DNA from: Octopus sinensis | Taxonomy: Eukaryota | NCBI RefSeq assembly: GCF_006345805.1 | Contig: NW_021827154.1 | Span: 1 to 11,200, forward strand | Reading direction: 5' to 3' | DNA: 11,200 bases | Part shown: positions 1-9,525 of the stretch, piece after piece | How the letters are laid out: the number at the start of each line of letters is the position of its first letter | How positions within the stretch are numbered: position 1 is the first letter of the stretch | Program-made: the position numbers and the translations under genes | Notes under the pieces: model-generated | The model's database searches: none | Told to the model about the DNA's origin: nothing | What the model saw: only the letters and a program-made list of their open reading frames with translations

Positions 1-454
1 TATCTATCTATCTATTTAGTTAGCTACCACCTAACTAGCTATTTACCCCTCTCTCTCTCTCTATATATATATAATATATATATGTTAGACAAAAAGATAA
101 TTTGCAAGCGTATGACACCCTTCTGTTGTCGTTCTAACTCATAAATGAACTGAAGGAGGGCAGCGAACGTATCAGGTCAACAATACTCTTGTGTTTTCTG
201 TCCTTATGACCGACTTCATAGGTGCTCTTCTGTGTTCCATGGTCAACCGTAGCTGCCTGTTTCCTCCCTGATTGACCATCACACCTTAATATTCTGATTG
301 AATCTTTGGGGTTTTTTTGTACACACACATATATATATACTTATTAATTTTTTGTTGTATTTTTTCACCATTAGGCCTTTTGACAATACTTCATTGATCA
401 AAGATACGTTTTATTAACACCTAGATGTGGTTCTGTTAATCTCCGTAGGTGCGC

Positions 455-570
455 ATGTATATATGTGTATGGGCATATGTATGTATGCATTGTGCGCGTT
501 TGTGTGTGTGTGCGTGTATGTGTGTGTGTGTCTGTGTGTGTATGTGTGTGCTTATGTATGTACATATTTG
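455..570. repeat. Degenerate (TG)n/(TATG)n microsatellite
   Basis: Seen directly. Confidence 0.9.
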
Positions 571-678
571 ACTGTATGTAAGAGTTAGCTGAAGATCGAT
601 TTCTCAGAAGTGAATTTTTGAAGAGTATGAAGAGACTATTGTACAAAAGTAAAAAAAAGTAGCTATTATAGAGCACTC

Positions 679-681
<3 letters not shown>

Positions 682-728
<47 letters not shown>

Positions 729-731
729 TAT
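682..731. repeat. (TA)n microsatellite (a second tract at 888-909)
   Basis: Seen directly. Confidence 0.97.
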
Positions 732-732
732 G

Positions 733-887
733 TGGTGGGGGGTACAAGGAGATATCACTTTCTACACCTGATATCAACCCATATCATGCCAATGAAATTG
801 GAGGGAATGTACCTTTTATTCGAAAGGTACAGCCTTACTACACACCTGCAATTCTACTTTAATTAATAACTGAACCCCTCCCCACCA
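733..887. mobile_element. Candidate MITE-like element inserted in a (TA)n array
   Basis: Terminal inverted repeat TGGTGGGG (733-740) / CCCCACCA (880-887), with (TA)n on both sides and an internal 9-bp-stem hairpin at 808-831. Confidence 0.35.
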
Positions 888-1029
888 TATATATATATAT
901 ATATATATAGGTTGGGTATTAGTTGTTACAAAACTAGGAGGACTTATACGTGAAAAAGTATTTAATACACTTTGAAAAATATAAACGGATTCATATATTT
1001 TGAACTGTAGCTCTTTCTCTTTCGGTCTT

Positions 1030-1170
1030 ATATATATATATATACGTATGTATGCATGTATGTATTTATGTATGGATGCATATGTGTGATGATATATATG
1101 AGTATTTGTATATATTTCTATTTACGTATTTATATGTATATACACAGATATCTGTATCTGTGTGTGCGTG
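1030..1170. repeat. Degenerate (TA)n/(TATG)n microsatellite
   Basis: Seen directly. Confidence 0.85.
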
Positions 1171-1344
1171 TAGCGTTATCTATTATTCTACAGTAATAAT
1201 AATAACAATGAGAAAAACAGAGATAATTTCGACTTGCAGGCACAGTATGAAAGTTATATTTGTCCCTTTCGGGCAACAGCAAAACTATCGGTGACATCAC
1301 ACATCACGTTACACGCGTTGTCTTGTCTCTTGCTTTAATAACCA

Positions 1345-1354
1345 CGAGAAAGAA

Positions 1355-1400
<46 letters not shown>

Positions 1401-1465
1401 GAGAGAGAAGAGAGAAAAAGAGAGAATGAGTGTGTGTGTGTGTTTGTGGCAGGTGTGTGTGTGCG
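1345..1465. repeat. Compound (GA)n-(TG)n microsatellite
   Basis: Seen directly. Confidence 0.95.
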
Positions 1466-1536
1466 CATGCACGTGTTTCTTTGAGAGTGTGTTAATAACC
1501 ATTTCCATGGCAAGTTGAAGACAAAACCTTTGAAAT

Positions 1537-1700
1537 CATCACCACTGTCACCATCACCTCCACCGTCCAACCCCCAGCACCACCACTACCACCACCATTA
1601 CCATCACCACTACCCCAACCACACCACCTTCACCACCACCCCACCACCACTATCACCACTACCACTACCACCGCCACCAATACCACCATCAACAATAACC
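1537..1700. repeat. Degenerate (CAC)n/(TAC)n trinucleotide array
   Basis: Seen directly. Confidence 0.92.
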
Positions 1701-1781
1701 GCAACACCTTGTTAGCCACGTACTATCCCTAAGCTATAGATATCTGGTTTCAGAATTCGGAAATTAGGAAAGTGACTGATT

Positions 1782-1828
<47 letters not shown>

Positions 1829-1829
1829 G

Positions 1830-1897
<68 letters not shown>
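1782..1897. repeat. (GATA)n tetranucleotide microsatellite, about 29 units with one GATG interruption
   Basis: Seen directly. Confidence 0.97.
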
Positions 1898-1898
<1 letters not shown>

Positions 1899-1913
1899 GG
1901 ATAGTGGTAACAT

Positions 1914-1938
1914 TAGTAGTGGTTGTAGTAGTAGCATT

Positions 1939-1970
<32 letters not shown>

Positions 1971-2180
1971 AGTAGTAGTAGTAGTAGTAGCAGCAGCAGC
2001 AGCAGCAGCAGTAACAGCAGTACAGTAATAGTGGTGGTAGAAGTTGTCGATGTAGTAGTAGTAGTAGTAGTAGTACTAGTATGTTGTTTTTCGTTTCTAA
2101 ATTTTACAGTTTTGACTTTATATACTTGGTGCCGATTTTTTATTTTTATTGTTGTTGTTATTGTTGTTGTTGTTGTTGTT
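1914..2180. repeat. (TAG)n/(CAG)n/(GTG)n compound array (1914-2077) and (TTG)n (2148-2180)
   Basis: Seen directly. Confidence 0.93.
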
Positions 2181-2200
2181 TTCTTTCCCATCTCATTCAG

Positions 2201-2505
2201 GAACGTTATACATTTCTGCTCGCTTAGTGCCTGAGAACAAAACATTTCACGCTCCAGTTACAACAAAACTTGTCTGTTTTATCCAGGGATCCCTTGGTAT
2301 CGAAATCATACAACAAGATTTTCCATTGATAAGGAGGAAGTCTCTCTCGGCTACTGTTTATAGTTCTCTATACGATAGACATCACACAGCTATAGCCACA
2401 TCCATTAGCAATATTACAGCCACAGATCAAACAATTTTACCAGTGAGCCAAACCAAACCGCCAGTTTCATGCTTCGGGCTTACTATAGAAGCTGTCTGTA
2501 TGTAA
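2201..2505 (+). other. Candidate coding exon, product unidentified
   Basis: The acceptor-like TTCTTTCCCATCTCATTCAG|G (AG at 2199-2200) is followed by non-repetitive sequence open for 101 codons (GTLYISARLVPENKTFHAP...TIEAVCM*). The other two frames close within about 12 codons. There is a possible internal donor CCA|GTGAGC at 2442/2443. I recognise no homology. Confidence 0.3.
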
Positions 2506-2927
2506 ACCGTTGACACCATTGCTAGCATTCACAGTTTTGAGGGGAGATTGTTTCCGGTAATTAGTACCAGCCATTGATTTATTGGTCACTATTGATCTCT
2601 TTAGAAACAGGAACTCATCCACACGCATACACATGCATACACGCTTGTGGTAGTAAAAGCGTATATGTTAGCGTGCATGTGTATGTGTGCGTGTCTGAGT
2701 GAATACGTGTATGAATGATTATATCCAGGATTGAAACGAGATTTCCTTCCAATAAGATGATTCCAGTGTAATGCAGTATTCAAGTAGTTCCCTTCACCCA
2801 TGGTTTTGATATAAAGGAATGAACATCACAACACAGCATGCCAGATATTTAAAAAGTTAGTTGGTTCATATACAGCATTCAGCTATTGTTTATTCACTGG
2901 GTTGTTTGGGACAAGTGTTTTTACAAA

Positions 2928-3115
2928 GTGGTGAGCCAGCATGTTGAAGGAAATGTTTAGCAACGTTTTCTTCCCGCTCTTTACGTTCTGAGTTCAGATC
3001 CCGCCGAGGTCAACTTTGTCTTTTATCCCTTCGGGAGTCCATAAAATAAAGTACTAGTAACGTACTGGTATCGATGTAATCAATTTGCTCTCTACCCTCA
3101 AAATTGCTGGCCTTG
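2928..3115 (+). mobile_element. Diverged SINE, family C (degenerate tRNA-like head plus body); may extend to about 3220
   Basis: The body TTCTGAGTTCAGATCCCGCCGAGGTCAACTTTGTCTTTTATCCCTTCGGGAGTCCATAAAATAAAGTACTAG...TCGATGTAATC...AAATTGCTGGCCTTG aligns by eye with 10761-10903 (+) and 4730-4869 (-). Confidence 0.8.
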
Positions 3116-3221
3116 AACTCTGCAACAGACCGGCGTTTCGTTTAAGGGAAATATTGTGATCTCGGTCACTTGTACGCCATAGAAACCAGGTGACCGGCTT
3201 TATGAGTCCAATGGCTCGAGA

Positions 3222-3290
3222 GCCAGAGAGAAAGAGAAAGAGAGCGAGAGGAGGATAGAGAGAAAGAGAGTGGGAAAGAAAGAAAGAGAA
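3222..3290. repeat. Degenerate (GA)n purine tract
   Basis: Seen directly. Confidence 0.88.
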
Positions 3291-3522
3291 AGCAAATTAC
3301 AACTTAGAGCCTCAAAACACGCCTGTACTGTAACAGAATTAAACCGTACATCTGTTCTTAATTTTGTGAAAACTTCTAATGTAATTGTTTTGACACAAGA
3401 ACCTCGAAGCTTTATATAGTCTGGGACTTCATCAACACTGAGCTCAAGATGAGTTAGATCCACATTCAAAATCTATCGAATTTACTCCTCTTGAGTTTAC
3501 GTTTCATAGGAAACTAATGTAG

Positions 3523-3700
3523 CGACACATTGATTCTGGGCATAGATTCGAAGAGGATCGAATTGGAAATCTGACGTGTCGTGTGAACCCCTATTTTAAA
3601 GAATTTTTATTTATTAACTCTTCATCAATTAAACTATTCAAATTACTTGATACACGGAATTATAGTTCGTGTCAAACATTTGTGTCAAAAGATAATCATG
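3523..3700 (+). other. Candidate coding exon, product unidentified
   Basis: Open frame RHIDSGHRFEEDRIGNLTCRVNPYFKEFLFINSSSIKLFKLLDTRNYSSCQTFVSKDNH(G) ending at the donor ATG|GTAGGT (3700/3701). The acceptor is ambiguous (AG at 3521-3522, or a stronger one at 3508-3509). Confidence 0.2.
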
Positions 3701-4496
3701 GTAGGTTCTTCTTTATGGCCTAGTCGGAATAGGGAAAGCGGCGGCTACGTTCTTTTGGAGAACGTCGGATACTAAAGGGAAGGTGATGAGAAAGCATAGA
3801 TCATCAGGTATTGTCTCTCTTGTGGATTTCCGGGCTGTTTCCAACTGAACAATTTCATTCGGGAAGTTTGGGTCGACTCAAAGTTACGCTACACAATAAT
3901 TGGCAATGGCGGACGCTCAGTGTGTTCGAATTTTGGAACCACGTGATTAGGAGCAAACTTCTGAATCACACAGCTATGCCTAAGCCAATTTTAAACGGCA
4001 TGAGCAATGGTCTACAAAAATCGCGATTGTAAATAGCTGACTCTGAAACAACTTCATCTGCATCACAAGCGGTGTCATCCATACACAGATACTTCTGTGT
4101 TGTTGTTGTGCAATCCCAAGGCTATACAGATTGAATACACCTATAGCACGTTGGATGTCAATTGAACTATTACGTAAGCTTGATCCAAAGATCCATAGCT
4201 CCTTATATACATTACCTGGGAATCCTTTTCTTATCGCAACGATATCAGTTGAATATCTTTAAAAGGCTCAGGCTATCAAAGATTATCAGTTGCCTTTCGT
4301 TAAATCGGAAGCCTTAACAACGAGCTGTACTATGCATTACTTCTGATATTGTTTTCATTAAGATATTCCTAGATTAATTACCCGATCAACTATGCATTTA
4401 TGAACAGTCACTAGAGTTGGTCTATTGAACTAAGATTATTGGACAAAGATTAACAGTGAAGACATCAGATGGAGAGACGGAAGTGATGAAAATGTT

Positions 4497-4535
4497 ACTG
4501 GTACTTTATTTTATCAGTCCCTCGGGGGTGAAGAG
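4497..4535 (-). mobile_element. Possible short, highly decayed family C remnant
   Basis: ACTGGTACTTTATTTTATCAGTCCCTCGGGGGTGAAGAG resembles the reverse complement of the family C motif CTTTCATCCTTTCGGGGTCGATAAAATAAGTACCAGT. The match is short and weak. Confidence 0.4.
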
Positions 4536-4729
4536 ATTAGGAAGCGAGTTATATACTGAGGTCATGACACCAGTCAAAACACTCCCCCTCCTCTCAAAAC
4601 AACTGACCTTATGCTTGAATCAGGGGTCATTGCCGCTGTCATTGTTGGCATTGTTCTATTTTGACTTAATCTTAGACGTTAAACGAAGCCGATAATTGCT
4701 GTTGTTGCTTTGTGAGTTAAATGCACTAA

Positions 4730-4869
4730 TTCTTTCTAATTTTGGCATAAGGCCATCAATTTTGACGGGAAGGAAGTCCATTATATCGAACCCAGTGCTT
4801 AACTGATCGTATTTCATCGACCTCGAAAGGATGAAAAGCAAAGTCGACGTCGACTGCATTTGAACTCAG
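4730..4869 (-). mobile_element. SINE family C fragment (5'-truncated)
   Basis: The reverse complement reads CTGAGTTCAAATGCAGTCGACGTCGACTTTGCTTTTCATCCTTTCGAGGTCGATGAAATACG...GGGTTCGATATAATGG...AAAATTGATGGCCTTATGCCAAA, homologous to 10761-10903. Confidence 0.8.
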
Positions 4870-4942
4870 TGAGTTAAGCACAATAATGCCAATGACCACG
4901 TTGTTATAGTTGGTTCTGGTGGGGTTGTTATTGTTGTTAAAC

Positions 4943-5095
4943 AAGCCCATTCCAGTCGTGACCATTCCGACTTTTATCCAGGATTATATAACCCTATATT
5001 TCCTTAATTTATTCTTAAAAGTAGAGTGTGATTTGAGGAGAGACAGAGATGCTACTTCTAGCTGGTCGAGTGACTTCGGAGGGGCCGTCTCGTAG
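4943..5095 (-). mobile_element. Probable fragment of another octopus interspersed repeat (retroposon-related)
   Basis: The minus strand contains GTCACTCGACCAGCTAGAAGTAGC...CTCCTCAAATCACACTCTAC...GGAATGGTCACGACTGGAATG, which matches my memory of a common octopus repeat. There is no second copy in the window to confirm it. Confidence 0.45.
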
Positions 5096-5124
5096 GTACT
5101 GACAGGGAAGGTAGTATTACCAGT

Positions 5125-5870
5125 GTTGTTGTTGTTGTTGTTGTTGTTGTTGCTGTTGTGGTGGTGGTGATGGTAATATGAATTGTTTGACCTTTGCAAT
5201 AATAGTCATGATAGCACAAGTCACACTGTTTTTGTTGTTTTTGAAATGGCGGCGACGGTGGCGGTGGTGAGGCTAATGATGATGATGATGATGATGATAA
5301 TGATGATGATTATGATGATGATGATGAAGAAGATGATGATGATGATGATGATAATGATAATGATGATAATGATGATGATGATGATGATAATAATACTTCT
5401 GCTGCTGCTGCTGATGATGATAATGATGATTATGACGACGACGACGACGGCGATAATGATGCTGGTGAGGGTGGTTGTGATGATGATAGTGCTGCTGGTG
5501 ATGATGCTGCTGCTGCTACTATTGAAGATGATGACAACGACAACGATGACAACGATGACCACGACGGCAATGATACTGATGATAACAGATGATGATAGAG
5601 TTATCATGGTTTGATAACGATAGCAGAAATGGCAGCAACGATAATGAAGGAAATTACGGCCTCAATGTTGTTATCGTTGTTGTTGTTGATGGTGGTGGTG
5701 GTGGTGGTGGTGGTGGTGGTGGTGGTGGTGATGGTGGTGGTGGTGGTGATGGTGGAATTTCTGTTGGTGGCTTTGTCATAGAGGGCGGGAGGTGATGCTG
5801 ATAACAATGGTGTTTGCGGTGGTAGTGGTGGGTTCGGTTTTTTGTGGTGGAGTCAGCGGTGGTGGTGACG
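5125..5870. repeat. Large compound trinucleotide array: (TTG)n, (GAT)n/(AAT)/(GAC)/(GCT), (GGT)n
   Basis: Seen directly. It is the source of the poly-Met, poly-Ile, poly-Gly and poly-Thr ORFs in the track. Confidence 0.95.
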
Positions 5871-6089
5871 GGGGTGATTCAAGGGTTAATAAAGCACAGT
5901 CCCTACTTTTAAACCCTTTTTAGACGTTGACAATTTGATCTCGCGTTTGTGTGAGGTCACTGATAAGAACAGGTCCACCCACATTGCGCCTGCGTAGGGG
6001 CAGGAAACCGCCAATTATCCATTCAGTATCTTTTCTTTTACTTCTTCCGATATTTCGATGACTGCAAAAGTACGACCATATATTCATAT

Positions 6090-6104
6090 GTACGTGTATA
6101 TAGC

Positions 6105-6167
<63 letters not shown>

Positions 6168-6356
6168 GAATGAGTGTATGGATGTGTGTGTGTGTGTGTG
6201 AGTGGCTTTATAGATTTACGTTCGTTCATATGTTCCAAAATACATTTATTATTATATTTGAGTTCATGTTAGTCTCTTATTCCCCACCCCCTTTTTCTCA
6301 CAACGACAATACCTTATGATGATGCTGCTAACGATTATGATTATGATGATGACGAC

Positions 6357-6401
<45 letters not shown>

Positions 6402-6527
6402 CAAGACATACAGTCACTCAACATTACCGCCATTTATACGGTAAATTTTGTTGTCTGCAGCAATGTGTGTGTATGTACGTATGTGTGTGTGTGTATGTGT
6501 GCCTGTGTGTTTGTGTTTGTATAAATA

Positions 6528-6571
<44 letters not shown>

Positions 6572-6900
6572 TTATGCTTATATATATGTATAAATACATG
6601 TATGATTATACATACACACAACGCATATATGTATATGGTAGTTTAAGTATACGCGCATACACTGAATAACTGACATACATGCCCATATACACACACACAC
6701 ACACACACACAACCACGCACACACACACACACACACGTATATATATATATATATTATCTTCTATTATTTGACTTTTATATATATATTTGTCTTGTAGGGA
6801 TCGTTCACTGCGGACACAATGCAAAAAAAAAACAAAAACAAACAAAACAAAACAAAAAAAAATAAACGAAGAACAAAAACCTTTTAAAAAAAAAAAAGAC
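6090..6900. repeat. Cluster of (TA)n, (TG)n, (AAT)15 (6357-6401), (CA)n and A-rich tracts
   Basis: Seen directly; interspersed with short unique spacers. Confidence 0.9.
6402..6496 (+). repeat. 95-bp exact direct repeat, copy 1 (copy 2 at 7156-7250)
   Basis: CAAGACATACAGTCACTCAACATTACCGCC...GTACGTAT(GT)6AT is identical at both loci, and each copy is preceded by (AAT)n. Confidence 0.95.
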
Positions 6901-7117
6901 ATAACGAAAGCAAACAAGAAAATTTCATTATTTCTATTTACAGACTTTTCAAATCAATGAGCAAGAAGCGTGACCGGCACAAATCAACAATTCTGTCATG
7001 TAGATCCCGTCATGTGAAAAATCGCATTCAGCTCTTGATGAATTGCCATCGATTTCAGTATTTCATTATCCGCTTGTCCGAATTACGAAGTTAAAACACA
7101 ACGCCTTCGACACGGAC

Positions 7118-7665
<548 letters not shown>

Positions 7666-7672
7666 ATATTTC

Positions 7673-7692
7673 AGTCGAGTCGAGTCGAGTCG
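7673..7692 (+). repeat. (AGTCG)4 pentanucleotide repeat
   Basis: AGTCGAGTCGAGTCGAGTCG, immediately followed by the hairpin CGGGTG-ACG-CACCCG (7694-7708). Confidence 0.9.
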
Positions 7693-7789
7693 ACGGGTGA
7701 CGCACCCGCATTCAAATACCTAAATTCATGCTTATATACGTGTACATAAGCACACATACACCATATTCGCTCATGAATAATATACAAAG

Positions 7790-7915
7790 ATATATGTATA
7801 TATACATGTGTGTGTGTATGTATGTGTGTGTGTGTGTGTGTGGTGTGTGTGTGTATACATACATATGTACATGCGTACACACGCACATACACATAATTAT
7901 ATATATATATATAAT

Positions 7916-7973
<58 letters not shown>

Positions 7974-8043
7974 ATATAATATATATATATAACATACATA
8001 CACTTACGAAGGTACGAACGCATGAGATTCGCAGTGAAATATG

Positions 8044-8096
<53 letters not shown>

Positions 8097-8230
8097 ACAA
8101 CCGGAAGATTGTTTATATCTCTGTCTGCGATTATATATGCATGCATGTAGGCACACACACACACACACACGCACACACAGAGAAACACACACATACATAC
8201 ACACATATACGCACAGATACACTCGTACGT
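7790..8230. repeat. (TG)n, (TA)n, (ACT)17 (8045-8095) and (CA)n microsatellites
   Basis: Seen directly. Confidence 0.92.
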
Positions 8231-8650
8231 ATGTAAAGTTTTACACTCCTTTTATAGAAAATACATTGTAACTCTGAGTTTCGTACTTAATTCATGAAAC
8301 CATCAAGCTGATATACTTGTCCGACATGCTCGGAAAATTCGACATAAACTAGACTTCCGGTAGAGCATGGTAAAATGGAATACGTAAGTGGTGTAAACTC
8401 ATATTCAATAAATGTGAGTTATTTCTCACTAAGGTTTAAAGCTAAAAAAAGGTGACCGGATCATAAAGAGAATCAGGGAGAAAAACGAAACAATAAGAAA
8501 CAAAAGCAACAGGGGAAATACTTCAATATTAAGGAACAAGAGCGAAGTGACGAAACGATGGCAAAAAAAACCAGGATCTTCATCAGAGACCAAGCATTAA
8601 GGTCTTGAGTGTTTGTATGTTGTGTGTGGAGTGTATTGACTGTCGACTTA

Positions 8651-9061
8651 CATACGCACATTCGGAGGCGCAATGGCCCAGTGGTTAGGGCAGCGGACTC
8701 GCGGTCATAGGATCGTGGTTTCGATTCCTAGACCGGGCGTTGTGAGTGTTTATTAAGCGAAAACACCTAAAAAAGCTCCACGAAACTCCGGCAGGGGGGG
8801 TGCCGATCCCTGCTGTACTCTTTCATCAAAACTTTCTCTCACTCTTACTTCCTGTTTCTGTTGTATGTGTATTTCAAAGGGCCGGCCTTGTCACTCTCTG
8901 TGTCACGCTGAATATTCCCGAGAACTACGTTAAGGGTACACGTGATTGTGGAGTGCTCAGCCACTTACACGTTAATTTCACGAGCAGGCTGTTCCGTTGA
9001 TTCGGATCAACCGGAACCCTCATCGTCGTAACCGACGGAGCGCTTCCTCATACGCTCATTC
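8651..9061. repeat. 13-bp target-site duplication flanking the family A SINE
   Basis: CATACGCACATTC at 8651-8663 and CATACGCTCATTC at 9049-9061 (1 mismatch) abut the element ends, as expected from target-primed reverse transcription. Confidence 0.85.
8664..9048 (+). mobile_element. Full-length tRNA-derived SINE (octopus OR-type, tRNA-Arg-like head), family A
   Basis: Seen: head GGAGGCGCAATGGCCCAGTGGTTAGGGCAGCGGACTCGCGGTC with Pol III A box TGGCCCAGTGG (8674-8684) and B-box-like GGTTTCGATTCC (8717-8728). The 3' part recurs in reverse orientation at 11095-11200. It is flanked by the 13-bp direct repeat CATACGC(A/T)CATTC (8651-8663 and 9049-9061). The family name is from recollection only. Confidence 0.92.
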
Positions 9062-9374
9062 ACATATACAAGCATATTTTTTTCATCATTATAAAATAAT
9101 TCACGTTTACATTTTTACGAATGAATCCGAACCTGTTAGATATGCAAGGTCTCTATAAATTATTTTTACAACTTTCATATTTACTTGCAGTATGTGGGTT
9201 CTGTATTGGTTTTGTGCAACCAACGGAGCCCACGTTGATGTGTTCTGGTATTTCTGTTAAAACTTTACTTGCTTTCCTATGTTTTACTATAAACCCTGCT
9301 GAGTTATCCTTACTTTTCATTGTTTTTTTTTTTTCAGAATTTTTCAATTTGTAATGGTAATTTTGGGACGTAAT

Positions 9375-9525
9375 GTATGTACGTATGTATGTATGTACAT
9401 ATTTCTGTACAAATATATATGCATATATATATATATATATATATATAAATGTATATATGTGTGAATGTGTGTATGCGTGCAGACATATATATATATATAG
9501 TATATATATATATATATATATATAT
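9375..9525. repeat. (TATG)n/(TA)n microsatellite
   Basis: Seen directly. Confidence 0.92.

Noticed and set aside
3442-3786. 114-codon plus frame interrupted only by three TAG stops (3520, 3721, 3730), tempting as A-to-I UAG-to-UGG readthrough
   Set aside because: A run this long without TAA/TGA is expected by chance about once across six frames of this much unique DNA. There is no start codon or homology.
4434-4500. YWTKINSEDIRWRDGS resembling the C-type lectin W.DGS motif
   Set aside because: The acceptor is poor, there are no lectin cysteines, and the apparent donor belongs to a SINE remnant.
5245-5592. Third-frame Asp-rich reading (DDDD...SAAGDD...) reminiscent of molluscan acidic shell proteins
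   Set aside because: There is no start codon or splice acceptor, and a similar GAT/AAT array occurs at 7460-7665. It is best explained as a compound microsatellite.
5183-5614. Long ORFs (143 aa poly-Met, 128 aa poly-Ile) and similar track ORFs over TA/TG/CA/AAT tracts, e.g. 1052-1294, 1913-2245, 6414-6669, 7468-7749, 7712-8206
   Set aside because: They are open only because the tandem repeats lack stops in that frame. The peptides are homopolymers or YI/CV/HT dipeptide runs.
5989-6004. Small hairpin CCTGC-GTAGGG-GCAGG
   Set aside because: A 5-bp stem is expected by chance, and there is no supporting context.
8664-8740. tRNA-Arg-like gene
   Set aside because: It has A and B boxes but no clean cloverleaf. 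It continues into a SINE body bounded by a TSD, so it is a SINE head and not a tRNA gene.
9153-9347. Minus ORF with EHINVGSVG resembling the EF-Tu HVNVGTIG segment
   Set aside because: The following P-loop (GHVDHGKT) is absent, so this is a short coincidental match.
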